Part shown: piece after piece, positions 20,184 through 29,921 of the stretch
Numbering within the stretch: the stretch's first letter is position 1
How the letters are laid out: each line of letters starts with the position of its first letter
Assembly: GCA_030428125.1 (NCBI GenBank)
Contig: JAUIBF010000001.1
Location: forward strand, 362,383 to 426,382
Length of the DNA: 64,000 nucleotides
Source: a bacterium
GTDB taxonomy: Bacteria > Patescibacteriota > Saccharimonadia > Saccharimonadales > SZUA-47
Direction of reading: 5' to 3'
Position numbers and translations under genes: made by a program
Notes under the pieces: generated by a model
What the model was told of the DNA's origin: nothing
Seen by the model: the letters and a program-made list of their open reading frames with translations, nothing else
Databases searched by the model: none

Positions 20184-20279
20184 GCCAAAAGAACAAAGCA
20201 ATCTATTCTCAAGCCTGACATTTTTAAGAAATTCAAGAGACTTTTAAATTTAGTAAAAAATGAAAAGGAGGAACTCGAA

Positions 20280-21467
20280 ATGGAGTTCGACATTAAACAA
20301 CTAGCACAAGCTATGAAGCTTATTGCTGAAGAAAAAAATCTACCAGAAGATATGGTTCAGGAAATCGTAGAACAAGCACTAGCTGCTGCATATAAAAGAG
20401 ATTACGGTGACAGAGAACAAGAGGTTCGCGTATCAGTAAACCTCTCTACGGGCGCAGTTGATGTATTTGTAGAAAAGGAAGTCGTAGAAACAGTTGGCGA
20501 CGGTAATTTCGAAATTGCATTAACTGATGCCAAAAAAGCTAAAAAAGACGCTAAAGTTGGCGATATGATTGAGCAATTTGTTGAAGTAAAGACTTTTGGT
20601 CGTGTTGCAGCACAAACAGCTAAGCAAGTAATCATGCAGAGACTTCGCGAAGCAGAGCGAGAAATCGTAATGGCTGAGTATGAAGATAAGATTGGACAAG
20701 TTGTTAACGCTGTAGTTACTAGAATCGAATCTAGAATTGTTCGCCTAGAAATTGGTAAAGCTCAAGCTATCATGCCACAGAGTGAACAGTCTAAATCCGA
20801 GCGATACTTTCCAGGTCAAAGACTACGTGTCTACTTAAAAGACATTGAAAAAGGTTTCCGAGGACCACAGTTAGTAGTTAGTCGTGGTGCATCAGAACTC
20901 GTTCGTGCGTTGTTCGAAGCTGAAGTTCCAGAAATGGAAAGTGGCGCCGTGGAGATTAAAGCTCTAGCCCGTGAAGCAGGAATCAGAACAAAGCTAGCTG
21001 TTCATTCAACTGTTCAGGGTGTTGACCCAGTTGGAACATTCGTAGGCGGTCACGGTACACGTGTGAACGCTATCGTTTCAGAGATTGGTGAGCAGGAAAA
21101 AATCGATATCGTTGTTTGGGATGAAAGCCCAGAAGTATTCATTGCTAGTGCATTAAGCCCGACTAAAGTTTCAAGCGTTAAGATTGATAAAGAAGGAAAA
21201 CGAGCACAAGTAATCGTACCTGAAGATCAGCTAAGTGTTGCTATTGGTAAGGGTGGACAAAATGTTCGACTCGCTAGCAAATTAACTGGAATCGAATTAG
21301 ATATCGAAGCTGAAAAATCAGCTCCAGAAGCTAAATCCGATGATTCAGGCGATAAAGCTGAAAAGCCTAAGTCAGAAACAGTAGCAGATTCGAAGAAGCC
21401 AAAGCTTAAGAGGAAGTCAGAGCTAGAATCTAGCTTGCTTTCAGCTATCGACGAACACGGAGAGTAG
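20280..21467 (+). CDS. nusA: transcription termination/antitermination factor NusA
   Basis: Start set at the ATG preceded by AAGGAGG (the track ORF from 20109 adds 57 unlikely residues). Has a NusA N-terminus, S1 and two KH domains (GKGGQNVRLASKLTG) and an acidic/basic tail. Confidence 0.92.
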   Translation: MEFDIKQLAQAMKLIAEEKNLPEDMVQEIVEQALAAAYKRDYGDREQEVRVSVNLSTGAVDVFVEKEVVETVGDGNFEIALTDAKKAKKDAKVGDMIEQFVEVKTFGRVAAQTAKQVIMQRLREAEREIVMAEYEDKIGQVVNAVVTRIESRIVRLEIGKAQAIMPQSEQSKSERYFPGQRLRVYLKDIEKGFRGPQLVVSRGASELVRALFEAEVPEMESGAVEIKALAREAGIRTKLAVHSTVQGVDPVGTFVGGHGTRVNAIVSEIGEQEKIDIVVWDESPEVFIASALSPTKVSSVKIDKEGKRAQVIVPEDQLSVAIGKGGQNVRLASKLTGIELDIEAEKSAPEAKSDDSGDKAEKPKSETVADSKKPKLKRKSELESSLLSAIDEHGE

Positions 21468-21468
21468 T

Positions 21469-22080
21469 ATGGCAGAACCTCAGCCAATGGGTGGGGTTCA
21501 AGTTTTAGATGCGAAATCAGTAGATTTGTGTCCGTGGGTAGAATTTTATCCGGAAGTTTTAACGGATGATGAAGATATATCTAGTTACTGGTTAACCACA
21601 GCTATGCTAATTGAGGCGATACACGACTTTGGTGTAAAGAACCTGGAATCTGAGTTTGCAAGAATTAAGGTTAGAGACGGAAGCGATCTAGTCGCTCTAA
21701 AGTTCGGAGAACATACTCAAGACCAGTGGACCAGATATGCAACTTCGGGAATGTTTGGGGTCGACATAGACCCAATAATCGAGCTAGGTTACAAACTCGA
21801 TAGTTTAGTTGATTTTGAGCATAACGGAGAAGTTGTAGTCTATCGGTCAGAAGGTTTTCACGACCTTCACATAGATGGAAATAAAAAAAGGCCGATTAGC
21901 GTTAGGCGTTGTTTGCTGACTCTAGATGGAGAGAAAATTAATACATTTGGGAATCCTCAGACAAAACAAATCGTTTCATCGCTAACGGTTCCTGGCAGTG
22001 CAGTTACTATCAGTCATGGTGCTATTAGACATGCAGCAAGATACGAAGGCGAGAACTACGCAGTATACATCCAGTCTTAA
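21469..22080 (+). CDS. hypothetical protein (orphan), possibly a double-stranded beta-helix fold
   Basis: 203 aa. The ATG lies 1 nt after the nusA stop. The LHID...TVPGSAVTISHGAIRHAARY spacing is reminiscent of HxD...H 2OG/Fe(II)-oxygenase-like proteins, but this is a weak call by eye. Confidence 0.5.
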   Translation: MAEPQPMGGVQVLDAKSVDLCPWVEFYPEVLTDDEDISSYWLTTAMLIEAIHDFGVKNLESEFARIKVRDGSDLVALKFGEHTQDQWTRYATSGMFGVDIDPIIELGYKLDSLVDFEHNGEVVVYRSEGFHDLHIDGNKKRPISVRRCLLTLDGEKINTFGNPQTKQIVSSLTVPGSAVTISHGAIRHAARYEGENYAVYIQS

Positions 22081-22087
22081 TAAGTAA

Positions 22088-22114
22088 TTAGCACTCGGGG
22101 TTGACGAGTGCTAA
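22088..22114. promoter_or_regulatory. CIRCE operator (HrcA binding site) upstream of clpC
   Basis: TTAGCACTC-GGGGTTGAC-GAGTGCTAA, a perfect match to the CIRCE consensus TTAGCACTC-N9-GAGTGCTAA. Confidence 0.85.
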
Positions 22115-22130
22115 TTTGCTAATATATACT
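22101..22130 (+). promoter_or_regulatory. clpC promoter (leaderless geometry)
   Basis: TTGACG(22101-22106, inside CIRCE)-N18-TATACT(22125-22130), then 7 nt to the ATG at 22138. Confidence 0.65.
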
Positions 22131-22137
22131 TGGGCGT

Positions 22138-24627
22138 ATGAATAATAACGATGACTTTCAAGACTTCTTGCATAACCTAAGCGATAATGCGCTTCAGAGT
22201 CTGAAGCATGCTGATGCTATTGCTCGTGCTGCTGGTTCTGCCTACGTAGGCACAGAACACTTGTTACTTGGTGTTTTAGCTCAAGAATCGTCTATGGGTG
22301 CCAAGTTACTCAAAGATAATGGTGTAACTCTAGAAAAAGCACGACTTGCTATGAACTTGAAGCCTCAAACCATTGTTATGAGTATGGGTGCAAAAGGTTT
22401 GTCAGAAGCTGCTAAGTTAACGCTAAAAATGAGTTGGGAAGTTGCTCAAGAATATGCGCAAGAAACATGTGGGACTGAACACATCGTCTACAGTATTTTG
22501 AGCCAGAAAAATGCTTCTGCGACTGTACTGCTAAAAAACATGAATGTCCGAACCGATGAAGTGTTGAATGAGCTAGAAGCTCTATTAAATAGACAAAGTT
22601 ATGAAAGCGCTGATAGTACTGGTACAACAAAGAGGCGTCGCAAAGGTAAGAAAACACTCCTAGACCAGTACTCTACAGATTTAACATTACAGGCAAAAGA
22701 GAACAAATTAGACCCTGTCGTCGGTCGTGAGATGCAGATTAGACGATTAGTCACAATCCTAAATCGTCGTACTAAAAATAATCCGGTCCTAATCGGAGAA
22801 CCCGGTGTAGGTAAAACTGCAATAGTTGAAGGTGTAGCTACTAGAATTGCTGCCGATGATGTACCTGATGCCTTAGTTGACAAGCGAATTGTAATGCTTG
22901 ATCTGGCTGCAATGATTGCTGGTACTAAGTACCGTGGTGAGTTTGAAGACAGACTAAAAAAGGTCATGAAAGAACTAGAGTCAGACGACCAGACAATCGT
23001 ATTCATAGATGAAGTTCATCAACTTGTGGGTGCAGGCTCTGCAGAAGGTTCAATGGATGCTGGTAACATCTTAAAACCAGCGCTTGCTCGTGGAAAAATA
23101 CAGATGAGTGGCGCTACTACAACGGATGAATACACTAAACATATCGAAAAAGATGCAGCTCTAGAGCGTCGCTTACAACCTATTATCGTCCCAGAAACTA
23201 CAGAACAAGAAACCTTGGCTATCCTAAGGGGGTTAAAAAAACATTATGAGGATTTTCACGCTGTAAAAATTAGCGATGAAGTATTAGTCGACACAGTACA
23301 TTTAGCAGGACGCTACATCCAAGACCGGTATATGCCTGACAAGGCTATAGACTTGCTTGATGAAACCGCAGCTCATCTGCGTGTAGATAAAGGAAAAACT
23401 CCACCGCGAGTTAGAGAACTGCAAAAGGAGCGAAAATTGGTTCAGGTAAGAATTGATGACGCTGTTGACGCTGAAGATTACGAAAAAGCAGCTCGAGAAA
23501 AACAACGAGCAAGCCAGATTGATTCCGAGCTTGCTGAGCTTGCTAAATCCGATAAAGGTGCAAAACGCTTGAAAGTATCCAGTGACGATATCGCCGATAC
23601 TGTCTCAAGGATGACAGGCGTGCCTGTTAGTAAAGTTATTCGTTCAGAGGTTAAATACTTGCTAAATCTAGAAGACAACCTAGGAAAACACGTCATCGGT
23701 CAGAGCGAAGCTGTAGAAGCAGTCTCAAAAGCTGTGCGACGTTCACGCAGCGGCGTATCAAGTGAGAAACGTCCAATCGGTTCATTTATTTTCATGGGTC
23801 CTACCGGTGTTGGTAAAACTGAGCTAGCTCGTGTTCTGGCTTCTGAGTTTTTCGGCAACAAAGACGCTCTAATTAAGATTGATATGAGTGAGTTTTCTGA
23901 AAAGCATACAAGTTCACGACTGGTAGGAGCACCAGCAGGTTATGTTGGATATGATGATGGTGGACAACTGACTGATAAAATACGCCGTCAACCGTACTCC
24001 GTGGTGTTGTTCGATGAAATAGAAAAGGCTCATCCCGACGTGTTCAATATGCTCCTCCAGATTCTAGAAGATGGAGTGTTGACAGATGGTAAAGGTCGTA
24101 AGATTAACTTCACAAACACAATTATCATCATGACTAGTAACGTCGGAGCCGACAAGCTTCAGAAAGAAGCCAGATTGGGCTTTAGCGCCGATGATAAAAC
24201 TGATTTCAAGAACCTTGATGAAATGCACTCTAAAAACCAAGAAGATGTTAAAAGCGAACTAAAGAAATTGATGAGGCCGGAGCTACTTAACAGAATTGAC
24301 AAAGTATTAGTATTTAGAGCCTTGACTAAACCCGATGCCACTAAGATAGTAGACTTACAACTACAGGAACTTAAAGGTAGACTCGTTAGACAGGGGGTAA
24401 GCATTGATGCTTCGAAAGCTGCTAAAGAATATTTAGTAGACAAAGGATATGATGCAAAAAATGGCGCTAGACCATTGCGTAGGCTAATCCAAGATGACAT
24501 TGAGAATTATATAGCCGACAAGCTAATTTCTGATGAGTTGCCAAAAGGCTCGGTAGTAAAAATCGGTGTTAAAAAGGGTGAACTCGATTTCTCTGTAACT
24601 CACGAGACTAAAACTACTAAAAAGTAA
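22138..24627 (+). CDS. clpC: ATP-dependent Clp protease ATP-binding subunit ClpC
   Basis: 829 aa with two Clp_N repeats, Walker A sites [10 protein letters not shown] and [10 protein letters not shown], and a UVR-like linker ([17 protein letters not shown]). Confidence 0.92.
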   Translation: MNNNDDFQDFLHNLSDNALQSLKHADAIARAAGSAYVGTEHLLLGVLAQESSMGAKLLKDNGVTLEKARLAMNLKPQTIVMSMGAKGLSEAAKLTLKMSWEVAQEYAQETCGTEHIVYSILSQKNASATVLLKNMNVRTDEVLNELEALLNRQSYESADSTGTTKRRRKGKKTLLDQYSTDLTLQAKENKLDPVVGREMQIRRLVTILNRRTKNNPVLIGEPGVGKTAIVEGVATRIAADDVPDALVDKRIVMLDLAAMIAGTKYRGEFEDRLKKVMKELESDDQTIVFIDEVHQLVGAGSAEGSMDAGNILKPALARGKIQMSGATTTDEYTKHIEKDAALERRLQPIIVPETTEQETLAILRGLKKHYEDFHAVKISDEVLVDTVHLAGRYIQDRYMPDKAIDLLDETAAHLRVDKGKTPPRVRELQKERKLVQVRIDDAVDAEDYEKAAREKQRASQIDSELAELAKSDKGAKRLKVSSDDIADTVSRMTGVPVSKVIRSEVKYLLNLEDNLGKHVIGQSEAVEAVSKAVRRSRSGVSSEKRPIGSFIFMGPTGVGKTELARVLASEFFGNKDALIKIDMSEFSEKHTSSRLVGAPAGYVGYDDGGQLTDKIRRQPYSVVLFDEIEKAHPDVFNMLLQILEDGVLTDGKGRKINFTNTIIIMTSNVGADKLQKEARLGFSADDKTDFKNLDEMHSKNQEDVKSELKKLMRPELLNRIDKVLVFRALTKPDATKIVDLQLQELKGRLVRQGVSIDASKAAKEYLVDKGYDAKNGARPLRRLIQDDIENYIADKLISDELPKGSVVKIGVKKGELDFSVTHETKTTKK

Positions 24628-24654
24628 CCCGAACTCGGTGGTAAACTGTAAGTA

Positions 24655-25608
24655 ATGAGAATTAAAACTGTTCTAGGTATGACTTTAACAGTCGTAATAA
24701 TGGCGACTAGTATTTGGATAGTCACAAACCAGCAAGCCATCGTAGACTGGTGGAAACTAAGAGATTATCAAGCTTCTGCAGAGATTATCCAATTGGTTAC
24801 AGATTCTGGTATGAGCGAGGAAGGAGAGCGTTTATTCTTCATTCACGCTCCAGAACTTCTTGATAAAGAGGGTTTTAAAGGTAAGTGCGACATCGGCGAA
24901 GAAACTATAATCCTAGGTTGCTATATAACGCACGACAAAATTTATATCTTCAATGTTAACGATGAAAGATTAGGTGGAATAGAAGAAGTTACAGCAGCAC
25001 ATGAAATGTTGCACGCCGTCTACGACAGGTTAAATGACTCAGTTAAAGAGGAGCTTGAGCCGATACTTCTAAGTACGTTTGAGGATTTAAATGATGACCG
25101 ACTAAACAATACTATCGAAAGTTATCGCGAGCGCGACCCAAGCATAGTAGTTAATGAGCTTCACTCTATTCTTGCCACTGAAGTTCGAGAGTTACCTACA
25201 GAGCTCGAAGAGCATTATAGTAAGTATTTTGACGACAGATTAGAAGTCGTGACGCTTGCGGAAGCTTATGAAGCTGAATTTACAAACCTAGAGACCCAGA
25301 TAGAAGATTATGATAAACAAATTGATGAGCTCGGCAAAGACATAACTTTGCGTCAGTCTGATTTAGAGCAGCTATCAAGTGCTCTGCAAACTGAACAACA
25401 GCAGCTAGAATCCTTGCGCTCAAGTCCGTCGCAGTACAACAATGCTGTTCCTGCCTATAATCAGAAGGTCAGAGAATACAATACTCAACTTAATCAGTTG
25501 AGAGATTTGATCAACTCCTACAACCAGCTAGTAGAACAACGAAATGCAATCGCGGTTGAAGAGCAAGATTTAATTCAGTCTATCGACAGCAACTACAGCG
25601 AACTGTAA
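24655..25608 (+). CDS. membrane-anchored putative zinc metalloprotease-like protein with a coiled-coil tail
   Basis: 317 aa with an N-terminal TM segment, an HEXXH motif (AAHEMLHAVY) and a Gln/Glu/Leu-rich C-terminal coiled coil. TGgTAAACT lies 7 nt upstream of the ATG. Confidence 0.6.
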   Translation: MRIKTVLGMTLTVVIMATSIWIVTNQQAIVDWWKLRDYQASAEIIQLVTDSGMSEEGERLFFIHAPELLDKEGFKGKCDIGEETIILGCYITHDKIYIFNVNDERLGGIEEVTAAHEMLHAVYDRLNDSVKEELEPILLSTFEDLNDDRLNNTIESYRERDPSIVVNELHSILATEVRELPTELEEHYSKYFDDRLEVVTLAEAYEAEFTNLETQIEDYDKQIDELGKDITLRQSDLEQLSSALQTEQQQLESLRSSPSQYNNAVPAYNQKVREYNTQLNQLRDLINSYNQLVEQRNAIAVEEQDLIQSIDSNYSEL

Positions 25609-25620
25609 ACTAGTTAATAT

Positions 25621-26970
25621 ATGGCTAAAGCAAAAGTTAGATATGAGTGCAGTTCTTGTGGAGCTCAGTATGGTTCATGGGCAGGGAAATGCAATACTTG
25701 TGGCGAGTGGAATACTATCGACAAGCAACTTGATGTTGACAGTGTCGAGATTAAAAAATCTGGACATGTAATAAAAGCTAGTAAAATCTCAGAAATAAAA
25801 GCCAGTTCTAAGAAATCTGAAATAAGGATTTCGACACGTGATAAGCAGTTAGATGAAGTTTTGGGTGGAGGCTTGGTATCTGGAAGTGTAATTTTGCTAG
25901 CTGGCCAACCTGGTATAGGTAAAAGTACTCTTTTGATGCAGGTGGCACATTCTGTGTCTAAAGATAGTGAAGTACTTTATATAAGTGGTGAAGAGTCGGT
26001 AAATCAAGTTGCGTCACGAGCAGGGCGACTAAATACTGTAAACGATAAACTCGAGCTTGCCTCTAGCACCAACGCAGATGACATAGCTCATACTATCGCC
26101 ACAACAGACAAGGATGTGGTTATTATTGATTCAATTCAAACGATTACTGTGTCCTCTCTAACTTCGGCAGCAGGCACCGTCAGTCAAATAACTAACAGTA
26201 CACAACTACTAACAAAAGCAGCTAAACAGTCAGACACAGTTCTTATTTTAGTTGGTCATGTTACTAAAGAAGGTTCAATCGCTGGCCCTAAGGTTTTAGA
26301 GCATAGTGTAGATGCTGTATTGCAGTTTGAAGGAGACAGATACGGTGGTTTCAAAGTAATTCGTTCGGTAAAGAATCGCTACGGTTCAACAAATGAAGTT
26401 GCAATTTATGAAATGGAAAGTGGAGGATTGAAGGCAGTAAATAATCCATCCGCTGCGTTACTAGAAGAAAGACAAGTTGTTGATGGTTCAGTAGTTCTGG
26501 CGACAATGGAAGGAACTAGGCCAGTGCTGGTTGAAATTCAAGCGTTAGTTAACACGACTAGTTATGGTTATCCAAAGCGCGCTGCCAGTGGATTTGACCT
26601 AAACAGACTTAATTTGCTAGTAGCGATGTTAGAACGACGTACAAAACTGGTACTAAACGACAAAGATATTTATATAAATGTTGTAGGTGGAATTGCTGTA
26701 AACGAACCAGCAGCAGATCTTGCCATTGCTATGGCGGTAGCAAGTGCCTGCAAAGGCATGCTACTGGCCAAAAACGCTGTTGTTTTTGGTGAAGTTGGCT
26801 TATCAGGAGAAGTGCGTCATGTGCCTCACATTGATAAGCGCATAGCTGAGGCAAAAAAGCTTGGATTCGAAGGTGCGATTGGACCAATGGTTAAATCAGG
26901 TAAGACGCCTGACTATCTGACTAGTGTTAGAGATGTTCGTTCTGCTTTAAATACCTTTTTAGAAAAGTAG
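25621..26970 (+). CDS. radA: DNA repair protein RadA/Sms
   Basis: 449 aa with zinc finger CSSCGAQYGSWAGKCNTCGEW, Walker A GQPGIGKST, a KNRYGST motif and a Lon-like C-terminal domain. Confidence 0.93.
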   Translation: MAKAKVRYECSSCGAQYGSWAGKCNTCGEWNTIDKQLDVDSVEIKKSGHVIKASKISEIKASSKKSEIRISTRDKQLDEVLGGGLVSGSVILLAGQPGIGKSTLLMQVAHSVSKDSEVLYISGEESVNQVASRAGRLNTVNDKLELASSTNADDIAHTIATTDKDVVIIDSIQTITVSSLTSAAGTVSQITNSTQLLTKAAKQSDTVLILVGHVTKEGSIAGPKVLEHSVDAVLQFEGDRYGGFKVIRSVKNRYGSTNEVAIYEMESGGLKAVNNPSAALLEERQVVDGSVVLATMEGTRPVLVEIQALVNTTSYGYPKRAASGFDLNRLNLLVAMLERRTKLVLNDKDIYINVVGGIAVNEPAADLAIAMAVASACKGMLLAKNAVVFGEVGLSGEVRHVPHIDKRIAEAKKLGFEGAIGPMVKSGKTPDYLTSVRDVRSALNTFLEK

Positions 26971-26971
26971 T

Positions 26972-29815
26972 TTAATCGTCGTCTTCAGGTTCTGGCTCGT
27001 CATCCGAGCTACCACCGTTGTTGTTTCCGGCTGGTAGATTGAAGTTGACATCACGCGCGTCTATTGTGCTATATAGAACACTATCAATGACCTCGACCTT
27101 TACAGTCTTGGTTGTGTCATAAATGCTGGTGTAAGGAATTTCGTAGACTCCAGGACCTGAAATTTGTATTGAACCGTTCGGTATTGCTTCTCCGTCAACA
27201 GTCACTGTTAGCTGACCTTTGAATTTATCGCCACTTATAGGATGCGTGCCGTTCCCAACTGAAATTTCGAAATTGTAGTTACCGTTGGCGTTTTCGACAA
27301 TACTTAGTGCAACAGTAGGTTTTATGTCTTCACATTTGTGGACATCATCTTCGTCTTCAGAATTAGTTGCAGAGTCATAGAATGGATCAGAACTAAAGCT
27401 TGCAGCATCACCTTGAGTCACTTCTTCTAATGCTAGAGGTGGTGTACACTCCGTTGCTCGCTTACCAGACACTTTGTCCTTGATTATTTTTTCATCTCCA
27501 CGTCCGCCACCCGGTTTTACGTACCAGGACGGGAATAGATCTACTGATGGACTTGGCTCTATGGAGCTTACTCCGACATGACTGCGGACAACATAGGCCG
27601 GGAGCTCTTGAATGCCCTGAGGTCGCTCACGCGTAACTGGGTCTAAGTCGTCATGAGCTCGCTGCATCCAGTCACCCCAAATTGGCTGAGTCATGGTTTC
27701 CATGAAGCCACTCATTTCTACTTCTCCAGTGTGGTGTCCTACCCAGACGCCGGCAGCGTACTTAGTAGAAAAGCCCATTAACCAGCCGTCTTTGTTGTCG
27801 TTTGTTGTTCCTGTTTTTAGGGAGAAGTCCCATCCCTTGTAATCATGCATCTTGCGACTCATATAGCTTGCTCGCGGATCAGACATCATGTCTGCAACAA
27901 TATATGCGGACTCTGACCTCACGACTTGCTCGCCGTTAGATTCTTCCCACTCAGTTAATGTTTTTCCCTCAGAATCTTCAACCTTCAAAATGTACGTTTG
28001 AGGAATTTTATTGCCATTACGTGAAATGGTTGCATAGCTGTGAACGTGTTTATCAAGATGCAGATAGGCACCATCTCCGATAGCAGAGCTTGGGTAGCAT
28101 TGTTCTTCGTTTTCTGCAGTAAATTCAGTTGTGCCGGGTACATAGCATTTATAGCCTCCAGTTTCTGTATCTGAGTCATATAGTCCCAAGCTGTTTGCAG
28201 TTTCTATTGTTTTGTCTACGCCAGCGATCAACATTGCTTTTACGGCAGGAACGTTCCGAGAACCACCCAATGAATAGCGCAATGTCACTGGTCCAGGATA
28301 TCTAAAGTCGTAGTCCCACAGACAGTTACCACCACTTCTAGGTCGAGCTTTGTTTGTGCACGGATAGCCTTCTATGGGGCCTTGAGTATCATAAATAACA
28401 GATCCTGCACCACTGTTTTCTGTGTTTTCTATTAGTGCTAAGTAATCATAAGGCTTAAAACTTGAACCCGGAGGTAGAGGTTGCTGGGCAAAGTTTACCT
28501 CTCCAGCTCTGTCTTTGTCATTGAAGTCACCTCCACCCACTAGCGCTACTACTTGGCCGTTGGTAACGTCTTCCGCTACGAATGCTGCAGTGTTACCTCT
28601 TTGTCGTTCTATCTGGGCAACACCTGCAGTTACTTCTTCTTCAGCGATTTTTTGTAGATCCATATCTAGAGTTGTAGTTACTTTCCAGCCACCATTTTGA
28701 TAACTGCTGCCTTGCTCAAGAAGTAGCTGGTTTTTTGCTGCTAAAACAAAGTGTGGCGCCAGTATGCCTGTGTATTTACTCGGTGAACGAGGTACAATGC
28801 TTGCAACTGTATCGTGATCTTTTGCTTCATCTCGTTCTGCTTCGTCAATGTACCCGAGTTCGTACATAACATCGATTGTGTAATCTTGTCGGGCCTCGAG
28901 TTCGAGTTTATTGAATGCAGGGCTATGAGGTGTGTAGGTTGGTGGTGATTTAGGAATTGCCGCCAAAAAAGCCGACTCGGCGACACTTAAGTCTTTGGCC
29001 GACTTATTAAAGTAAGTCCTAGCAGCAACCTCTGCTCCGTATTCGATAGTTCCATACGGAGCAGCGTTTAGATAACCTGTTAGAATTTCGTCTTTAGAAT
29101 AGCTTCGCTCTAACTCTACGGCGATAATTAATTCTTTAATCTTACGTGCCACAGTTTGCTCGTCTGAGAATCCAGGAGTAGTTAGCTTAACCAGCTGCTG
29201 AGTTATAGTAGAACCACCCTGGGTATCGCCACCAAAGGCGTTATTCCAGGCTGCACGTGATATACCACGAACGTTAAACCCACTGTGATCGTAGAAGTTT
29301 CTATCTTCGAGAGCGATTGTGGCGTCTTTTAAGTTTTGTGATATCTGTTCACTTTCTACAGGCACTCTCTTAACGGCATCGTAGTCCTCCCAGAGAAGGA
29401 TCTCACCACTTCTGTCGTAGTATCTGATGCTTCCGCCAATTGTATCGCCCGATATATCACGCAAATTAGGCAGGTCTTTTCTGAAGTAGGCAAATAAACC
29501 GACCAGGAAGAAGAAGCCAAGTACAATGGCAATACCAGAAATTTTGAGAGCCATAACAGCGCCGTCTCTACTAAACCAGTACTTATACTGCCGTCTAGGT
29601 GATAGCTTATAAATAGTTCGCTTGATGCGTCCTTTAGGCAGGCCTTTATTGCGCTCTGCTTTGCGCAGCGCCTTAGCATCTTTGCGAGCCTTAGATTTCT
29701 CTGTCAAAGTTCTATGTACTTTAATAGTTTTTCCTGATTTTGTAGTAAATTTATTGCCTTTTACTCTTTTGGACTTTTTACCACTTAAATTAGGGGACTT
29801 TTTCTTATCTGCCAT
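26972..29815 (-). CDS. ponA: class A penicillin-binding protein (glycosyltransferase/transpeptidase) with a C-terminal extension
   Basis: 947 aa with GT51 motifs EDRNFYDHSGF and GGSTITQQ and transpeptidase motifs SSFKP, SRN and KTGTT. A roughly 200-aa beta-rich C-terminal region ends in an acidic tail, SSDDEPEPEDDD. Confidence 0.9.
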   Translation of the reverse strand: MADKKKSPNLSGKKSKRVKGNKFTTKSGKTIKVHRTLTEKSKARKDAKALRKAERNKGLPKGRIKRTIYKLSPRRQYKYWFSRDGAVMALKISGIAIVLGFFFLVGLFAYFRKDLPNLRDISGDTIGGSIRYYDRSGEILLWEDYDAVKRVPVESEQISQNLKDATIALEDRNFYDHSGFNVRGISRAAWNNAFGGDTQGGSTITQQLVKLTTPGFSDEQTVARKIKELIIAVELERSYSKDEILTGYLNAAPYGTIEYGAEVAARTYFNKSAKDLSVAESAFLAAIPKSPPTYTPHSPAFNKLELEARQDYTIDVMYELGYIDEAERDEAKDHDTVASIVPRSPSKYTGILAPHFVLAAKNQLLLEQGSSYQNGGWKVTTTLDMDLQKIAEEEVTAGVAQIERQRGNTAAFVAEDVTNGQVVALVGGGDFNDKDRAGEVNFAQQPLPPGSSFKPYDYLALIENTENSGAGSVIYDTQGPIEGYPCTNKARPRSGGNCLWDYDFRYPGPVTLRYSLGGSRNVPAVKAMLIAGVDKTIETANSLGLYDSDTETGGYKCYVPGTTEFTAENEEQCYPSSAIGDGAYLHLDKHVHSYATISRNGNKIPQTYILKVEDSEGKTLTEWEESNGEQVVRSESAYIVADMMSDPRASYMSRKMHDYKGWDFSLKTGTTNDNKDGWLMGFSTKYAAGVWVGHHTGEVEMSGFMETMTQPIWGDWMQRAHDDLDPVTRERPQGIQELPAYVVRSHVGVSSIEPSPSVDLFPSWYVKPGGGRGDEKIIKDKVSGKRATECTPPLALEEVTQGDAASFSSDPFYDSATNSEDEDDVHKCEDIKPTVALSIVENANGNYNFEISVGNGTHPISGDKFKGQLTVTVDGEAIPNGSIQISGPGVYEIPYTSIYDTTKTVKVEVIDSVLYSTIDARDVNFNLPAGNNNGGSSDDEPEPEDDD

Positions 29816-29921
29816 GAGCTGTATTTGTTCAAAAACTCCTTAAACATGTCTATTATAGCAAAATATAAGCATTATTTAGCTACTTTTAACTCTTATTCTA
29901 CTTCTGTATACTGAGAGGAAC

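Noticed and set aside
20109-20279. N-terminal extensions given by the ORF track for nusA (20109), recG (32251), hisS (39159), clpP (42366), fusA (52403) and rplC (61197).
   Set aside because: The extra residues do not resemble the conserved N-termini of these families. Better start codons with SD or -10/N7 context lie downstream, so I moved the starts accordingly.
29816-29921. T-box riboswitch leaders upstream of tyrS (and hisS at 39139-39185).
   Set aside because: The untranslated regions are far too short. The -10 lies 9 nt from the tyrS ATG, and I saw no specifier or T-box sequence.
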